DNA from: a virus
Virus record (IMG/VR): IMGVR_UViG_3300040801_001819
Span: 1-64,000 of that record
Length of the DNA: 64,000 nt
Direction: 5' to 3' (one strand)
Under the pieces are notes generated by a model. The model had not been told where the DNA came from and ran no database searches. It worked only from the letters and a program-made list of their open reading frames with translations. How positions within the stretch are numbered: the stretch's first letter is position 1; each line of letters opens with the position of its first letter. The position numbers were made by a program, and so were the translations under genes. Shown here piece after piece: positions 48,018-56,304 of the stretch.

Positions 48018-48377
48018 TTATTTTATTATATCTTTATACCAACCAAATTGTTCTGCTGTCTTTAATAAATGGCAATTAGCACATAATACTTGACATTTCT
48101 CTATTTCTTCTTGTATTACTATTAACTTACAACTAGAATGCATTAGTTTAGTTATATTTTTTTCTTTATCTCTTAAATGATCAAACTGCAATACAATTGG
48201 ATTAGATTCACCACATTTAACACAGTTATTTTCTTTCAAATAATCCCAGCAATATTGCCTTAATATTAGATTCTGTTTCCTTTTACGAATACTATTTCTA
48301 AGTTTTATTGCTTTTTTATTTTTCTGATAATGCTTTCTTGCAGCAGAATTTTGATCTTCCTTATTCTTATAACCCAT
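48018..48377 (-). CDS. HNH endonuclease
   Basis: CVKCGESNPIVLQFDHLRDKEKNI...LCANCHLLKT shows the CxxC...DH...N...CxxCH pattern. Confidence 0.8.
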   Translation of the reverse strand: MGYKNKEDQNSAARKHYQKNKKAIKLRNSIRKRKQNLILRQYCWDYLKENNCVKCGESNPIVLQFDHLRDKEKNITKLMHSSCKLIVIQEEIEKCQVLCANCHLLKTAEQFGWYKDIIK

Positions 48378-48387
48378 AGTTCATGTA

Positions 48388-48416
48388 AATATATGAAAAA
48401 AAAGGCCCACTGTCAA
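48388..48416 (-). promoter_or_regulatory. TTGACA-N17-TATATT(TACA) promoter upstream of the HNH gene, overlapping a weak terminator hairpin
   Basis: The minus strand reads TTGACA GTGGGCCTTTTTTTTCA TATATT TACATGAACT ATG. Confidence 0.5.
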
Positions 48417-48541
48417 GTAGGCCTATCATCATCTTTTGTGATGTTTATTAATCTTCGTCGCCTTTAACAGTTTCCGGATCAATAACTTCTATCTCTTTTT
48501 CAGATTCATCCTCTAAACCTAATGGAGGAATTTTTCCTAAA

Positions 48542-49114
48542 TTATTTTTCATTTTTTAACCCTTTTGTGTCTACGATATAATCTACATCTCTTTCTGAGA
48601 TCCTTATATACTCAACATCATTAATAACTACTACTGGCATTTCGTATGCAAACTTAGCATCAACCTGCCTATTCATTCCTCCCTCAATTCTTCTTTTAAA
48701 GTTTTCAACATTGATTTTAATTTCCATTCCTTTACACACTTGTTGACAGTGTGGACCAACTTCCATAACTTTCTGTATTGTAGAAAAGTCTTGTTCTAAG
48801 TCTGTACTACCATCAGCACCGAAAGATGCTGTTGGTAAATACAAACCTGATTCATTGGTTAGTTTGTTTCTTCGCGCTGTCAAAAACATGGTATTGAACA
48901 TTGGCTCAGTACCTTCTGGTAAAGGATATTCTTTAAGAGATGCTTCATATAACACCTGCTTAACTTGAGCTTCAGCTGATAATATCTCAGAAGAGTCTTC
49001 TACAAGACCAGCAGTTCCTCTTTTAGATTTATCACGCGTAGTGAAAAAATCTTTATGAACCTCCTGACTATGAGCTTTTTGCTTTTGTAATTCTACATCC
49101 TTTTTTACATCCAT
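48542..49114 (-). CDS. GroES/gp31-like co-chaperonin candidate with an N-terminal extension of about 70 aa
   Basis: Residues ~75-185 track the GroES layout. [22 protein letters not shown] resembles [32 protein letters not shown] resembles [17 protein letters not shown] resembles [24 protein letters not shown] resembles EEVLIMSESDILAIV. Confidence 0.45.
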   Translation of the reverse strand: [190 protein letters not shown]

Positions 49115-49329
49115 TATTTTCCTGCTTTTGGCGTTACAACTTTCTTCTCAGGTTTACTTGCTTCCTTGTCTTGAGCTGCAATCTTTTCCTGAATTTCTTT
49201 TTGATTCTTCTCGTGCATTTCAACAATCATACCTAGTTGATCTAATTCCCTTAATATAACAGAAATTTCTTCTAATGTGTAGACTCCTTCTCTTTGGGCC
49301 TTGTCTATTGCCGTAATAAGTGTTTTCAT
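49114..49329 (-). CDS. hypothetical protein (71 aa)
   Basis: Track ORF with a 1-nt junction to the downstream gene. Confidence 0.5.
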   Translation of the reverse strand: MKTLITAIDKAQREGVYTLEEISVILRELDQLGMIVEMHEKNQKEIQEKIAAQDKEASKPEKKVVTPKAGK

Positions 49330-49379
49330 AATTTGTTTTAAATTTATTGTGTAAATATACTAATTAATTTTACTAATTC

Positions 49380-49646
49380 CTAATTTATTTCTTTTTTTTT
49401 ATTCTCTTGAATCTTATTATACAGAAAGTAGCTTGCGTATAGCTTCCCTAGCGCAGGAAATGTAAAGTTAGTCTTAAGCTTAGAGAACTCTTCTCTAGTT
49501 AAGTCATCTTTTATAGTAAGAGCATTATTAATAACTCTTACGAATTCAAACTGACTACGTACTATCTCTCTAACTTCAGATACGGTTAATCCATATTTAT
49601 CTGCAAGCTCTTTAAGCTTTAAAAGATCTGCTTTACTTTCCCTCAT
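49380..49646 (-). CDS. hypothetical protein (88 aa), possible HTH
   Basis: Track ORF with an HTH-like KYGLTVSEVREIV segment. Confidence 0.45.
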   Translation of the reverse strand: MRESKADLLKLKELADKYGLTVSEVREIVRSQFEFVRVINNALTIKDDLTREEFSKLKTNFTFPALGKLYASYFLYNKIQENKKKEIN

Positions 49647-50016
49647 CTATTTCAAAATTGAATATAAGTTTAAATCCATCCTCTGTCATATTTGGTATAA
49701 GCACTGGATTGATTATATTTCCTTTCATTATTACTCCCTTCTTCCTGAGTGATGTCAATAGATTATTAAATACCTTTTGACTCATTCCTCCTAAATCTCC
49801 TCTTATTTGATTTCTAGTGTCTGTTGCAAATAGCAATTTATTTACTAAATCTTTGTTCTTAACCTCTCTTGATAGTTCATATTTATAATACAACAGAAGT
49901 GCAAGTGCGTCAATTTCCTTTTGCCTTAGCTTATGGTAAGGTTTAAGGAACTCTAGCCAGTATTTAAATATCTCTCTCTTCGAGGTCTTTATTCTTTTTA
50001 CATTTATGTTGTTCAT
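49633..50016 (-). CDS. hypothetical protein (127 aa), possible winged-helix DNA binder
   Basis: MSQKVFNNLLTSLRKKGVI resembles a wHTH recognition region. Confidence 0.4.
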   Translation of the reverse strand: MNNINVKRIKTSKREIFKYWLEFLKPYHKLRQKEIDALALLLYYKYELSREVKNKDLVNKLLFATDTRNQIRGDLGGMSQKVFNNLLTSLRKKGVIMKGNIINPVLIPNMTEDGFKLIFNFEIDEGK

Positions 50017-50233
50017 TCATTTCTATTTGTATATGCAATGTAACTTCCGGTGAGTCATTTTCTCCAGTATAGTTCATAGAAACTTTATATCTATCCTCTA
50101 CTTTATTAATTGCATTTATTACTTTATAAATCCTATCAGCTTTATCTTCAAGATATTCCATATCAACTGAAGTGTAAGCGTATCTTAATACCCCATTACT
50201 ATCCCATTGGTTTAGTTCTAAAAGTTTTTTCAT
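49964..50233 (-). CDS. hypothetical protein (89 aa)
   Basis: Track ORF, co-oriented with neighbours. Confidence 0.45.
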   Translation of the reverse strand: MKKLLELNQWDSNGVLRYAYTSVDMEYLEDKADRIYKVINAINKVEDRYKVSMNYTGENDSPEVTLHIQIEMNEQHKCKKNKDLEERDI

Positions 50234-50235
50234 AA

Positions 50236-50628
50236 TTAGTCTTTTTTATCTAAAAACCTTTCTCCATACTTTTCTTCGTACATATCTTCCCACTCAGTAA
50301 TATGAGCTTCTGCTAGATCTGTGTTTCCACAATCTACACAGTATGGAACAACCGCTTTGTCCTTAGTGCTAATTGCTCCATCCTTTGGAAATGAAATTTC
50401 TTTAATGTGCAATTTTAGACAAGTCTTGCAATATGTCACTGGCACGTTGTTGTAATCCTGCTTTTTTGTTATCATGTTTAATAATTTTAAATCGTTAATA
50501 ATGTCAGTGTCATACACTGGAAATGGTGCCATCATATTGGCATGCTCTCTGCGTTCAATTTCTTTAGTTAGGTCTTTCATTGGTTTATAATTTAATAGCA
50601 CATCCTGTTGTAAGGATTGTTCCAGCAA
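50236..50628 (-). CDS. hypothetical Cys-pair protein (CKTC...CVDC)
   Basis: Track ORF. The likely true start is Met17 at nt 50580, just after the GroEL stop. Confidence 0.45.
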   Translation of the reverse strand: MLEQSLQQDVLLNYKPMKDLTKEIERREHANMMAPFPVYDTDIINDLKLLNMITKKQDYNNVPVTYCKTCLKLHIKEISFPKDGAISTKDKAVVPYCVDCGNTDLAEAHITEWEDMYEEKYGERFLDKKD

Positions 50629-52147
50629 CTGAAGCGGCGTTTTCTAATGCAACTCTTGTTACTTTCTTTGGATCAATAATACCAACAACTATCATGTCTT
50701 CGTATTTAGCATTTTTAGCATCATACCCAAGTCTTCCATTAGTTTTATGCCTATTGATACTTGAAGTAACAACGTCTCCATTGATTCCAGCATTTTCACA
50801 TATAGTAAGTATTGGAGCCTTGCAAGCTTCTTTAAGGATGTTAATTCCTTTTTGCTCTGTCTCATGCTTAACATCTTGAATAAAGTCAATAGCATTAAGC
50901 AGTGCAATTCCTCCGCCAGGTACAATACCTTCTTCTAGCGCAGATATGACAGCTTCTTTTGCGTCAATAACTCTATCCATTTTTTCTTTCATTTCAACTT
51001 CTGAATTTCCTCCAACATAAATTACAGCAATACCACCAGATAGTTTTGCAATTCTATTTGATAATTGAGTTTTATTAAACTCTGATTTCTCTAATTTTAT
51101 TTTACCTTGTAGTTCGGAGACTCTATCTTTGATTTCTTTCTCATCTCCTTTAGCACCAACTATAACTGTTGATCCTTGAGTTACTGTAACTGAATCTGCT
51201 TGACCTAAGTAGGTACCATCCAGTTGGTTTATAAATTCTGATTTACATACTATGCCTCCGGTTTGGTATGCCATATCTTGTAGTATTTCAGCTCTTTGGC
51301 TTCCGAATCCTGGAGTCTTAACGGCTACAACTTGCGCTCCTCCTCGTGTTTTGTTTATCACTAACGTTGCAAGTGCTTGTCCTTCAATGTCTTCCGCCAC
51401 TATTAGTAACGGTCTTCCTACCTTCGTTGTTTGTTCTAATGTAGGCATTACATCCTCAACAGTAGTTAACTTACCATCCACCAACATAATATATGGGTCC
51501 TTATAAGTCACTTCCATTGTATCCGGATTAGTAGAGAAATAAGGTGAGACCATACCTCTATCAAATTGCATTCCATCTACCACGTCTATATAAGTAGTTT
51601 GGCCTTGTCCAGCTTCTACGGATACTCCTCCTTCTCTGCCTACTTTTCCGAAGGCTTCTGCCACTAATTCTCCAATCTCAATATTGTTATTTGCAGATAC
51701 TGTGGCAACTTGTTTAATCATTTCTGAATCAGTATCAACAGGAATAGCAATCGAATTTATATATTCAACTGCCTGCTTTACACCGAAATCTATCCCCTGC
51801 TTTAATTCATTTGCATCATATCCACCTGCAACAAGTTTTAATCCATGATTAAGTATACACTGAGCTATCACAGTAGCAGTAGTAGTTCCATCACCTGATC
51901 CTTGTTCAGCCTGTTCAGCTACATCTTTCATTAACTGCACACCCATTGCTTCATACCTATTTTCAACTGTCACGTTTTTTGCGACAGTTACTCCATCCTT
52001 TGTTATGATAGGCAGCATGTCTGGCCCCCTATCTATGATAACATTCTGACCCTTAGGCCCTAATGTAATCTTTACTGCATTAGAGAGAGTATCCACACCT
52101 CTCTGTATACTCTCTCTTGCTTCTCTCCCGTATTTAATATTCTCCAT
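50585..52147 (-). CDS. groEL: chaperonin GroEL/Cpn60 homolog (phage-encoded, 520 aa, no C-terminal GGM tail)
   Basis: Contains YGREARESIQRGVDTLSNAVKITLGPKGQNVII, ITKDGVTVAK and the ATP-site motif GDGTTTATV. It is co-linear with GroEL over its full length. Confidence 0.92.
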   Translation of the reverse strand: MENIKYGREARESIQRGVDTLSNAVKITLGPKGQNVIIDRGPDMLPIITKDGVTVAKNVTVENRYEAMGVQLMKDVAEQAEQGSGDGTTTATVIAQCILNHGLKLVAGGYDANELKQGIDFGVKQAVEYINSIAIPVDTDSEMIKQVATVSANNNIEIGELVAEAFGKVGREGGVSVEAGQGQTTYIDVVDGMQFDRGMVSPYFSTNPDTMEVTYKDPYIMLVDGKLTTVEDVMPTLEQTTKVGRPLLIVAEDIEGQALATLVINKTRGGAQVVAVKTPGFGSQRAEILQDMAYQTGGIVCKSEFINQLDGTYLGQADSVTVTQGSTVIVGAKGDEKEIKDRVSELQGKIKLEKSEFNKTQLSNRIAKLSGGIAVIYVGGNSEVEMKEKMDRVIDAKEAVISALEEGIVPGGGIALLNAIDFIQDVKHETEQKGINILKEACKAPILTICENAGINGDVVTSSINRHKTNGRLGYDAKNAKYEDMIVVGIIDPKKVTRVALENAASVAGTILTTGCAIKL

Positions 52148-52388
52148 CTTGTATCTTTTCTTCTAGTTCGTTAATTGATGAGACTTCACCTTCGTATATT
52201 AATTTTCTTTCTGTTGCTTCAGTATATATGATCTGTACGTTTCCAGTATAGTAGTTCATTACTATTCTTAATTCACAGATGTTTCCTTCTCTATCTTCTC
52301 CTGTTGCCGAGTAACCACTTTGTTTTACTTTTTGATTTCTTCTGTCAGGCATAAAACCTAACATTACAATTTCTTCTGCTGTTACCAT
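52134..52388 (-). CDS. hypothetical protein (84 aa)
   Basis: Track ORF, co-oriented with neighbours. Confidence 0.45.
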   Translation of the reverse strand: MVTAEEIVMLGFMPDRRNQKVKQSGYSATGEDREGNICELRIVMNYYTGNVQIIYTEATERKLIYEGEVSSINELEEKIQDGEY

Positions 52389-52600
52389 TTATCTATTGGA
52401 CATGTACATTCATCACATTTTGTTTTCGCGGCCAGTATGCAACCACACTTGCCACATCTTCCTAGTGCTGTCTTGAACTCACATTCATTACATATATCCA
52501 TTCTAGATTGATTTCTCTCCATTATCTCCTTGGATAATAACCCTAGTTTGCTCTTCCCTAGGTTTGAGAACCCATTCGCTACTTCGTCTATCTTGCCCAT
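52382..52600 (-). CDS. small Cys-rich protein (CNEC...CGKCGC...CDECTCP)
   Basis: Track ORF with a zinc-ribbon-like Cys pattern. Its N-terminus overlaps the upstream ORF, so the start may be internal (MERNQ.. or MDICNEC). Confidence 0.45.
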   Translation of the reverse strand: MGKIDEVANGFSNLGKSKLGLLSKEIMERNQSRMDICNECEFKTALGRCGKCGCILAAKTKCDECTCPIDKW

Positions 52601-52835
52601 ACTCTATTCTTCTAACATTTATTTTACTATTTTCATCTACTTTGATTATACCCCTTATTGAGTCTAACACTATTCTATATTCTTCTGCTCTTGTTAAGAA
52701 CATTGGAAGATGTAGTACATGTCCAATTTCTTCATTATCTTCAAATAAAACATATTTAACTGATGCTCCTTGAGTATCAAGATCAAAGTACCTGTAAACA
52801 GGTATTCCATTTAAATATATTTTTTCTTTAGACAT
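52503..52835 (-). CDS. hypothetical protein (110 aa)
   Basis: Track ORF; overlaps the next ORF by 98 nt. Confidence 0.4.
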   Translation of the reverse strand: MSKEKIYLNGIPVYRYFDLDTQGASVKYVLFEDNEEIGHVLHLPMFLTRAEEYRIVLDSIRGIIKVDENSKINVRRIEYGQDRRSSEWVLKPREEQTRVIIQGDNGEKSI

Positions 52836-53067
52836 AGTAATCTACTATTTCAAATGTTATTCTCATGTGCTTGATCATGAAGACTGACTTGTCTTGTATA
52901 TCAAGAACACTTATTTCTTCTCTGTCCTGTAAGAATGATACCACTCTTGGTAAAGCATGTGCTTGTATCATGAATGTAACAGATAATTCTCCACGATCGT
53001 GAGCATTATGTAATGCTTCGTTGATCTTACCTTCAATATTACTTGTCTGTACTATCCCTACTTTCAT
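52828..53067 (-). CDS. hypothetical protein (79 aa)
   Basis: Track ORF. Confidence 0.45.
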   Translation of the reverse strand: MKVGIVQTSNIEGKINEALHNAHDRGELSVTFMIQAHALPRVVSFLQDREEISVLDIQDKSVFMIKHMRITFEIVDYYV

Positions 53068-53377
53068 CGTCGTATAATCCTAATTCTTGATCATTTTTAA
53101 CTATCTCTTGCAATAATTCTTCTTGAAGTTGCTTCTGTATAGCATTAGATAAGTCAGTTACTGCTTTCGCTACCTCATCATCCTTTATACTTCCATGATC
53201 AAGCTTACTTTGTAACACTTGCTGTAAAAATCTTCTTTGTGTAGAGCTTAAGCTACTTGCTTTATGAACTATTAAAGCATAATGAGCAAGTATTGTGTCA
53301 TTATCCATATCAAGTACGCGTCTAAGTGACGGCTTGATACTTAATGTCATTCTTTTTCTTTTATTATTTTGATTCAT
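53039..53377 (-). CDS. hypothetical protein (112 aa)
   Basis: Track ORF. Confidence 0.45.
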   Translation of the reverse strand: MNQNNKRKRMTLSIKPSLRRVLDMDNDTILAHYALIVHKASSLSSTQRRFLQQVLQSKLDHGSIKDDEVAKAVTDLSNAIQKQLQEELLQEIVKNDQELGLYDDESRDSTDK

Positions 53378-53573
53378 TGTTTATATCTTTTACTTCAAAC
53401 TTCAACTTTCTTCTTGAATGCATCATGAAAGGAACAACACCCTTCTTAGAGTCTATAAGACAAACTCCAGTTTGCATTGCTATCTCTAACCACTTACGCA
53501 CATCCATTCCATCAGGAATAGCATTAATATCACACACAATAGTTTCAGTTAGTACGTTGTTTTCTTCTTTCAT
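53364..53573 (-). CDS. hypothetical protein (69 aa)
   Basis: Track ORF preceded by TTGTCA-N17-TACTAA directly before the ATG. Confidence 0.45.
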   Translation of the reverse strand: MKEENNVLTETIVCDINAIPDGMDVRKWLEIAMQTGVCLIDSKKGVVPFMMHSRRKLKFEVKDINNESK

Positions 53574-53611
53574 TTAGTAAAAATAAGAAATAAAATTGAC
53601 AAATCCTAATT

Positions 53612-53644
53612 AAAACAAAAAATCCCCACATTTCTGTGAGGATT
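53612..53644 (-). terminator. rho-independent terminator after 53668..53880
   Basis: The minus-strand RNA reads AATCCTCACA-GAAA-TGTGGGGATT, followed by TTTTTGTTTT. Confidence 0.65.
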
Positions 53645-53667
53645 CTAACATAATAGATTTAAACAAT

Positions 53668-53880
53668 TTATAGCCTGATGCTTTTAACGTAGTCAACAAT
53701 AGCCTTAAAGTTTTTAAATATGAATGCGCCAAGTAACCCTGCGGCTATGTGACTCCACCCCAATAGTATCCATACGCCTAACGAACCAAGAAGCAAGCCT
53801 AAGCCATAGAATCCAAGTCCAGTGGTAAATTTAACTATAACACTAACAACACTTTTAATATAATCAATAACTTTTTTCAT
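53668..53880 (-). CDS. small two-TM membrane protein (70 aa)
   Basis: Hydrophobic spans TTGLGFYGLGLLLGSLGVWILLGW and IAAGLLGAFIF. Confidence 0.5.
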   Translation of the reverse strand: MKKVIDYIKSVVSVIVKFTTGLGFYGLGLLLGSLGVWILLGWSHIAAGLLGAFIFKNFKAIVDYVKSIRL

Positions 53881-54225
53881 AATTTATTTTTAGTTTTAAT
53901 AATTAGATAGAAAAATCCCTTGGCCTTGTTGGTATTTCAGAACCTGGAACAGTTTTCTTTACAATTTCAATAGAGCAGTGCTACTTTTGCCCAGGACTGA
54001 TAACATTTGTTAATTCAAAAGGATCCTACTTGTTCCGTATCCAGTCCAACTCTATTATTATATGTAAATGGTTTCCATCGAGTTACTATCTTTTTAACCT
54101 CCTTACACGCCTACGCCCCATAATATTCTTAACTTATTAGCTTTAGGCTGATGTAATTCTAACACCAGATAGTTTATTTATGCAAACATACGATATAAAA
54201 GTTCTATTTCCAAATAATAGTATCA

Positions 54226-54423
54226 CTATTTTTTGTTACACATATCCTTTTCTAATTTACGTAGTCTTTCCATCTCATTTCTATAAGCTATACTTGCTCT
54301 TCTAGCTATGTCAGACATCTTTTTTATGTCTCCAGATGCCTTAGCTTCTTCTAATTGTTCAGAAAAACTTCTCTCAGATTTTTTTTTAAGCATTTTATTT
54401 CGTATATTTAAATAAATATACAA
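54226..54423 (-). CDS. hypothetical basic protein (65 aa; probable start at Met11, nt 54393)
   Basis: Track ORF. Its first 10 codons overlap a plus-strand promoter-like TATATTTAAA box. Confidence 0.4.
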   Translation of the reverse strand: MYIYLNIRNKMLKKKSERSFSEQLEEAKASGDIKKMSDIARRASIAYRNEMERLRKLEKDMCNKK

Positions 54424-54450
54424 AAAATAATTTATAAAAACAAGATAAAA

Positions 54451-54684
54451 ATGGATTTAGATCAAGAAATTAAAAAATTAAATTACGCACTGAAGAGTTT
54501 TAAATGTGACTATCATGCTGATTATGAGGAAGATAAAAATACAGGAAGAGTTACTTTCTTTTTATTAGACTCTGGAGAATTGCCAATTATAACACATGAG
54601 ATACCTTTTGGCCCTGATTTCGAACAGAGTGTAACTAACTTTAAGAAGCAGGCTATAAATACATGCAGTCATGCAAAAGTTTAA
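54451..54684 (+). CDS. hypothetical acidic protein (77 aa), in an inverted mini-cassette
   Basis: Track ORF on the opposite strand to all neighbours. Confidence 0.45.
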   Translation: MDLDQEIKKLNYALKSFKCDYHADYEEDKNTGRVTFFLLDSGELPIITHEIPFGPDFEQSVTNFKKQAINTCSHAKV

Positions 54685-54814
54685 GTTTAAGAAAAAAAGA
54701 GAGATGCGTTATGATCCTGAGAAGTTTCTTAGGATGGAATATAAGGGTATGGAAATTTTAATACAACATGATCCTCTATATGATGGACCAAGAAAAAAGC
54801 CTACTGAGAAGTAG
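54671..54814 (+). CDS. hypothetical basic protein (47 aa), second gene of the inverted cassette
   Basis: Hand-found ORF: ATG 54671 overlaps the previous stop and the ORF ends at TAG 54812-54814 inside the terminator stem. It is below the 60-aa track cutoff. Confidence 0.35.
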   Translation: MQKFKFKKKREMRYDPEKFLRMEYKGMEILIQHDPLYDGPRKKPTEK

Positions 54815-54817
54815 GCT
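54798..54817. terminator. bidirectional rho-independent terminator
   Basis: AGCCTACT-GAGA-AGTAGGCT is flanked by A6 upstream and TTTTC downstream. It sits between convergent genes. Confidence 0.7.
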
Positions 54818-54820
54818 TTT

Positions 54821-55006
54821 CTAATTTAAGTTGTTTTCTTTTGTATTTCTTATCAGTTGCATTAACAGTTGATTATAATATTGTACTGGATTAATATCGT
54901 ATCTAATAGTAAAATTCTTCATGTCATGAACATGTATCATAGGACATGGCATTTTTTTATATACTGCATCTCTTAATGCTTTTAATAGTTCTTCAGGACT
55001 CATCAA
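54821..55006 (-). CDS. hypothetical protein (61 aa)
   Basis: Track ORF. Confidence 0.45.
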   Translation of the reverse strand: MMSPEELLKALRDAVYKKMPCPMIHVHDMKNFTIRYDINPVQYYNQLLMQLIRNTKENNLN

Positions 55007-55244
55007 ATTTTAATTTTTTCCTATTATATTTTTTAATATTCTTTCTGTACAATTCAGCTTGTCTATTGAATTCTTCTCTTATTGCAATATCAAGTTGCTT
55101 GTGAGCTTGTCTTCCTCCATGAAAGATAACTCTTCTATTACCACTTCCCGAAGAGTTTGTCTCCAAGTCCTTTAATAACTTTTCTAAGTCCTGTCTTGTT
55201 ATTCCTTTGTGCTTCGGATAGGAATCTTTGTCTTCTTCTTTCAT
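54993..55244 (-). CDS. hypothetical protein (83 aa)
   Basis: Track ORF; overlaps the upstream ORF by 107 nt. Confidence 0.45.
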   Translation of the reverse strand: MKEEDKDSYPKHKGITRQDLEKLLKDLETNSSGSGNRRVIFHGGRQAHKQLDIAIREEFNRQAELYRKNIKKYNRKKLKFDES

Positions 55245-55464
55245 GTTCTAGATTTACTTTATCTTTTATGGTTTGTCCGTGTATACTAGGAATTATTCTA
55301 GCATGTCTTGATGGATCTTGTATTGTAATATGTGGATCAAGTCCACCTATATAATTCTTACTTGTAAGATTAAGTGCTGGTCTATTTTGAGGGCCATCTA
55401 AGTTCCATTTCCATTCTTTTCTATTATCCCAATTAGGATCTTTTTCTTTTTTCTTTAAAAACAT
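55138..55464 (-). CDS. hypothetical protein (108 aa)
   Basis: Track ORF. The C-terminal 35 codons overlap the next ORF and look low-complexity basic. Confidence 0.4.
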   Translation of the reverse strand: MFLKKKEKDPNWDNRKEWKWNLDGPQNRPALNLTSKNYIGGLDPHITIQDPSRHARIIPSIHGQTIKDKVNLEHERRRQRFLSEAQRNNKTGLRKVIKGLGDKLFGKW

Positions 55465-55832
55465 TTTAATTTCTTTTTAGTTCCCTTCTCAGTTTCCTTT
55501 CCTGTTCCGTGTAGTTGCTCCCATAATCCAGGTCCAACTACATTAACAACTTGTATCCAGCCTTCTTTTGTATACACAAATCTATATCCTTGTTCATCTG
55601 TGTGTATTTCTCCTAATGCACCAATACCTTTCGGTTCAGTAGGGGAGATGAATGCTTGTGATTTCCAAACAGTATTACCAATAGTTGTAGTAGGTTGAAT
55701 GAATTGCCCAACCTCATCATACATAATATTAGTAGTTGTATGTCCAGTATTTGTTATTGAAGTTTGAGGCAAACTAACCGATGTTAAGTTTTCTTCTTTC
55801 ATATTTAAATTTTTTAATTTCATCTTCAGCAT
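55455..55832 (-). CDS. hypothetical protein (125 aa)
   Basis: Track ORF. Confidence 0.45.
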   Translation of the reverse strand: MLKMKLKNLNMKEENLTSVSLPQTSITNTGHTTTNIMYDEVGQFIQPTTTIGNTVWKSQAFISPTEPKGIGALGEIHTDEQGYRFVYTKEGWIQVVNVVGPGLWEQLHGTGKETEKGTKKKLKCF

Positions 55833-56064
55833 AATCTAATCTTGTTTCACAAACATTTACTAATGTTTTTAACGCAGTTATTTCAAGTTGCATCTTGTCA
55901 ATAAGTTCTATAATATCAGATGATATCTCTGATGTATTTCTTATTACACTATTTTTAGCTAAATCCCTTTCTTTAGGATCTATTGCAGCATTATCAAAAC
56001 AAGATAGATTAGCCTCTGCCATATTATTATATGCTTCTTGTCGTAATTGCCATATTTCTTTCAT
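55774..56064 (-). CDS. hypothetical protein (96 aa)
   Basis: Track ORF. Confidence 0.45.
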   Translation of the reverse strand: MKEIWQLRQEAYNNMAEANLSCFDNAAIDPKERDLAKNSVIRNTSEISSDIIELIDKMQLEITALKTLVNVCETRLDYAEDEIKKFKYERRKLNIG

Positions 56065-56079
56065 TTCTTTAGATTTTAT

Positions 56080-56304
56080 CTAAAGATACTTAAAAAATTT
56101 GTAAATCACAAGAATTAAATAAGAAATTTTGGAGTTTGGTAGAAATTTTATGAAAAAAATGATAGTCCATGGAAGAAATATACGGATTATCCACATAATC
56201 CACCCAAGAGTCCTCGGAATGTACATTATATTGGTTGGTGTTGTCATTCCGAAGGCTACAAAGGCAGTTGTGCCTAGAACTTTAGAGAAATTTATTCTTT
56301 GCAT
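56080..56304 (-). CDS. small hydrophobic membrane protein (74 aa)
   Basis: Track ORF with two or three hydrophobic spans. The antisense 56129..56350 ORF is judged a shadow. Confidence 0.4.
   Translation of the reverse strand: MQRINFSKVLGTTAFVAFGMTTPTNIMYIPRTLGWIMWIIRIFLPWTIIFFIKFLPNSKISYLILVIYKFFKYL

Noticed and set aside
48445-48552. 35-codon acidic ORF (MKNNLGKIPPLGLEDESEKEIEVIDPETVKGDED) in the 165-nt gap after the GroES-like gene
   Set aside because: It is too short and lacks independent support. It is noted only because the gap is otherwise unexplained.
55138-55244. Possible programmed +1 frameshift joining the 108-aa and 83-aa ORFs (107-nt overlap, AGA AGA AGA run)
   Set aside because: The downstream ORF has its own ATG right after an in-frame TAG. 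There is no recognisable slippery site plus stimulator. A simple overlap or an over-extended ORF tail is more parsimonious.
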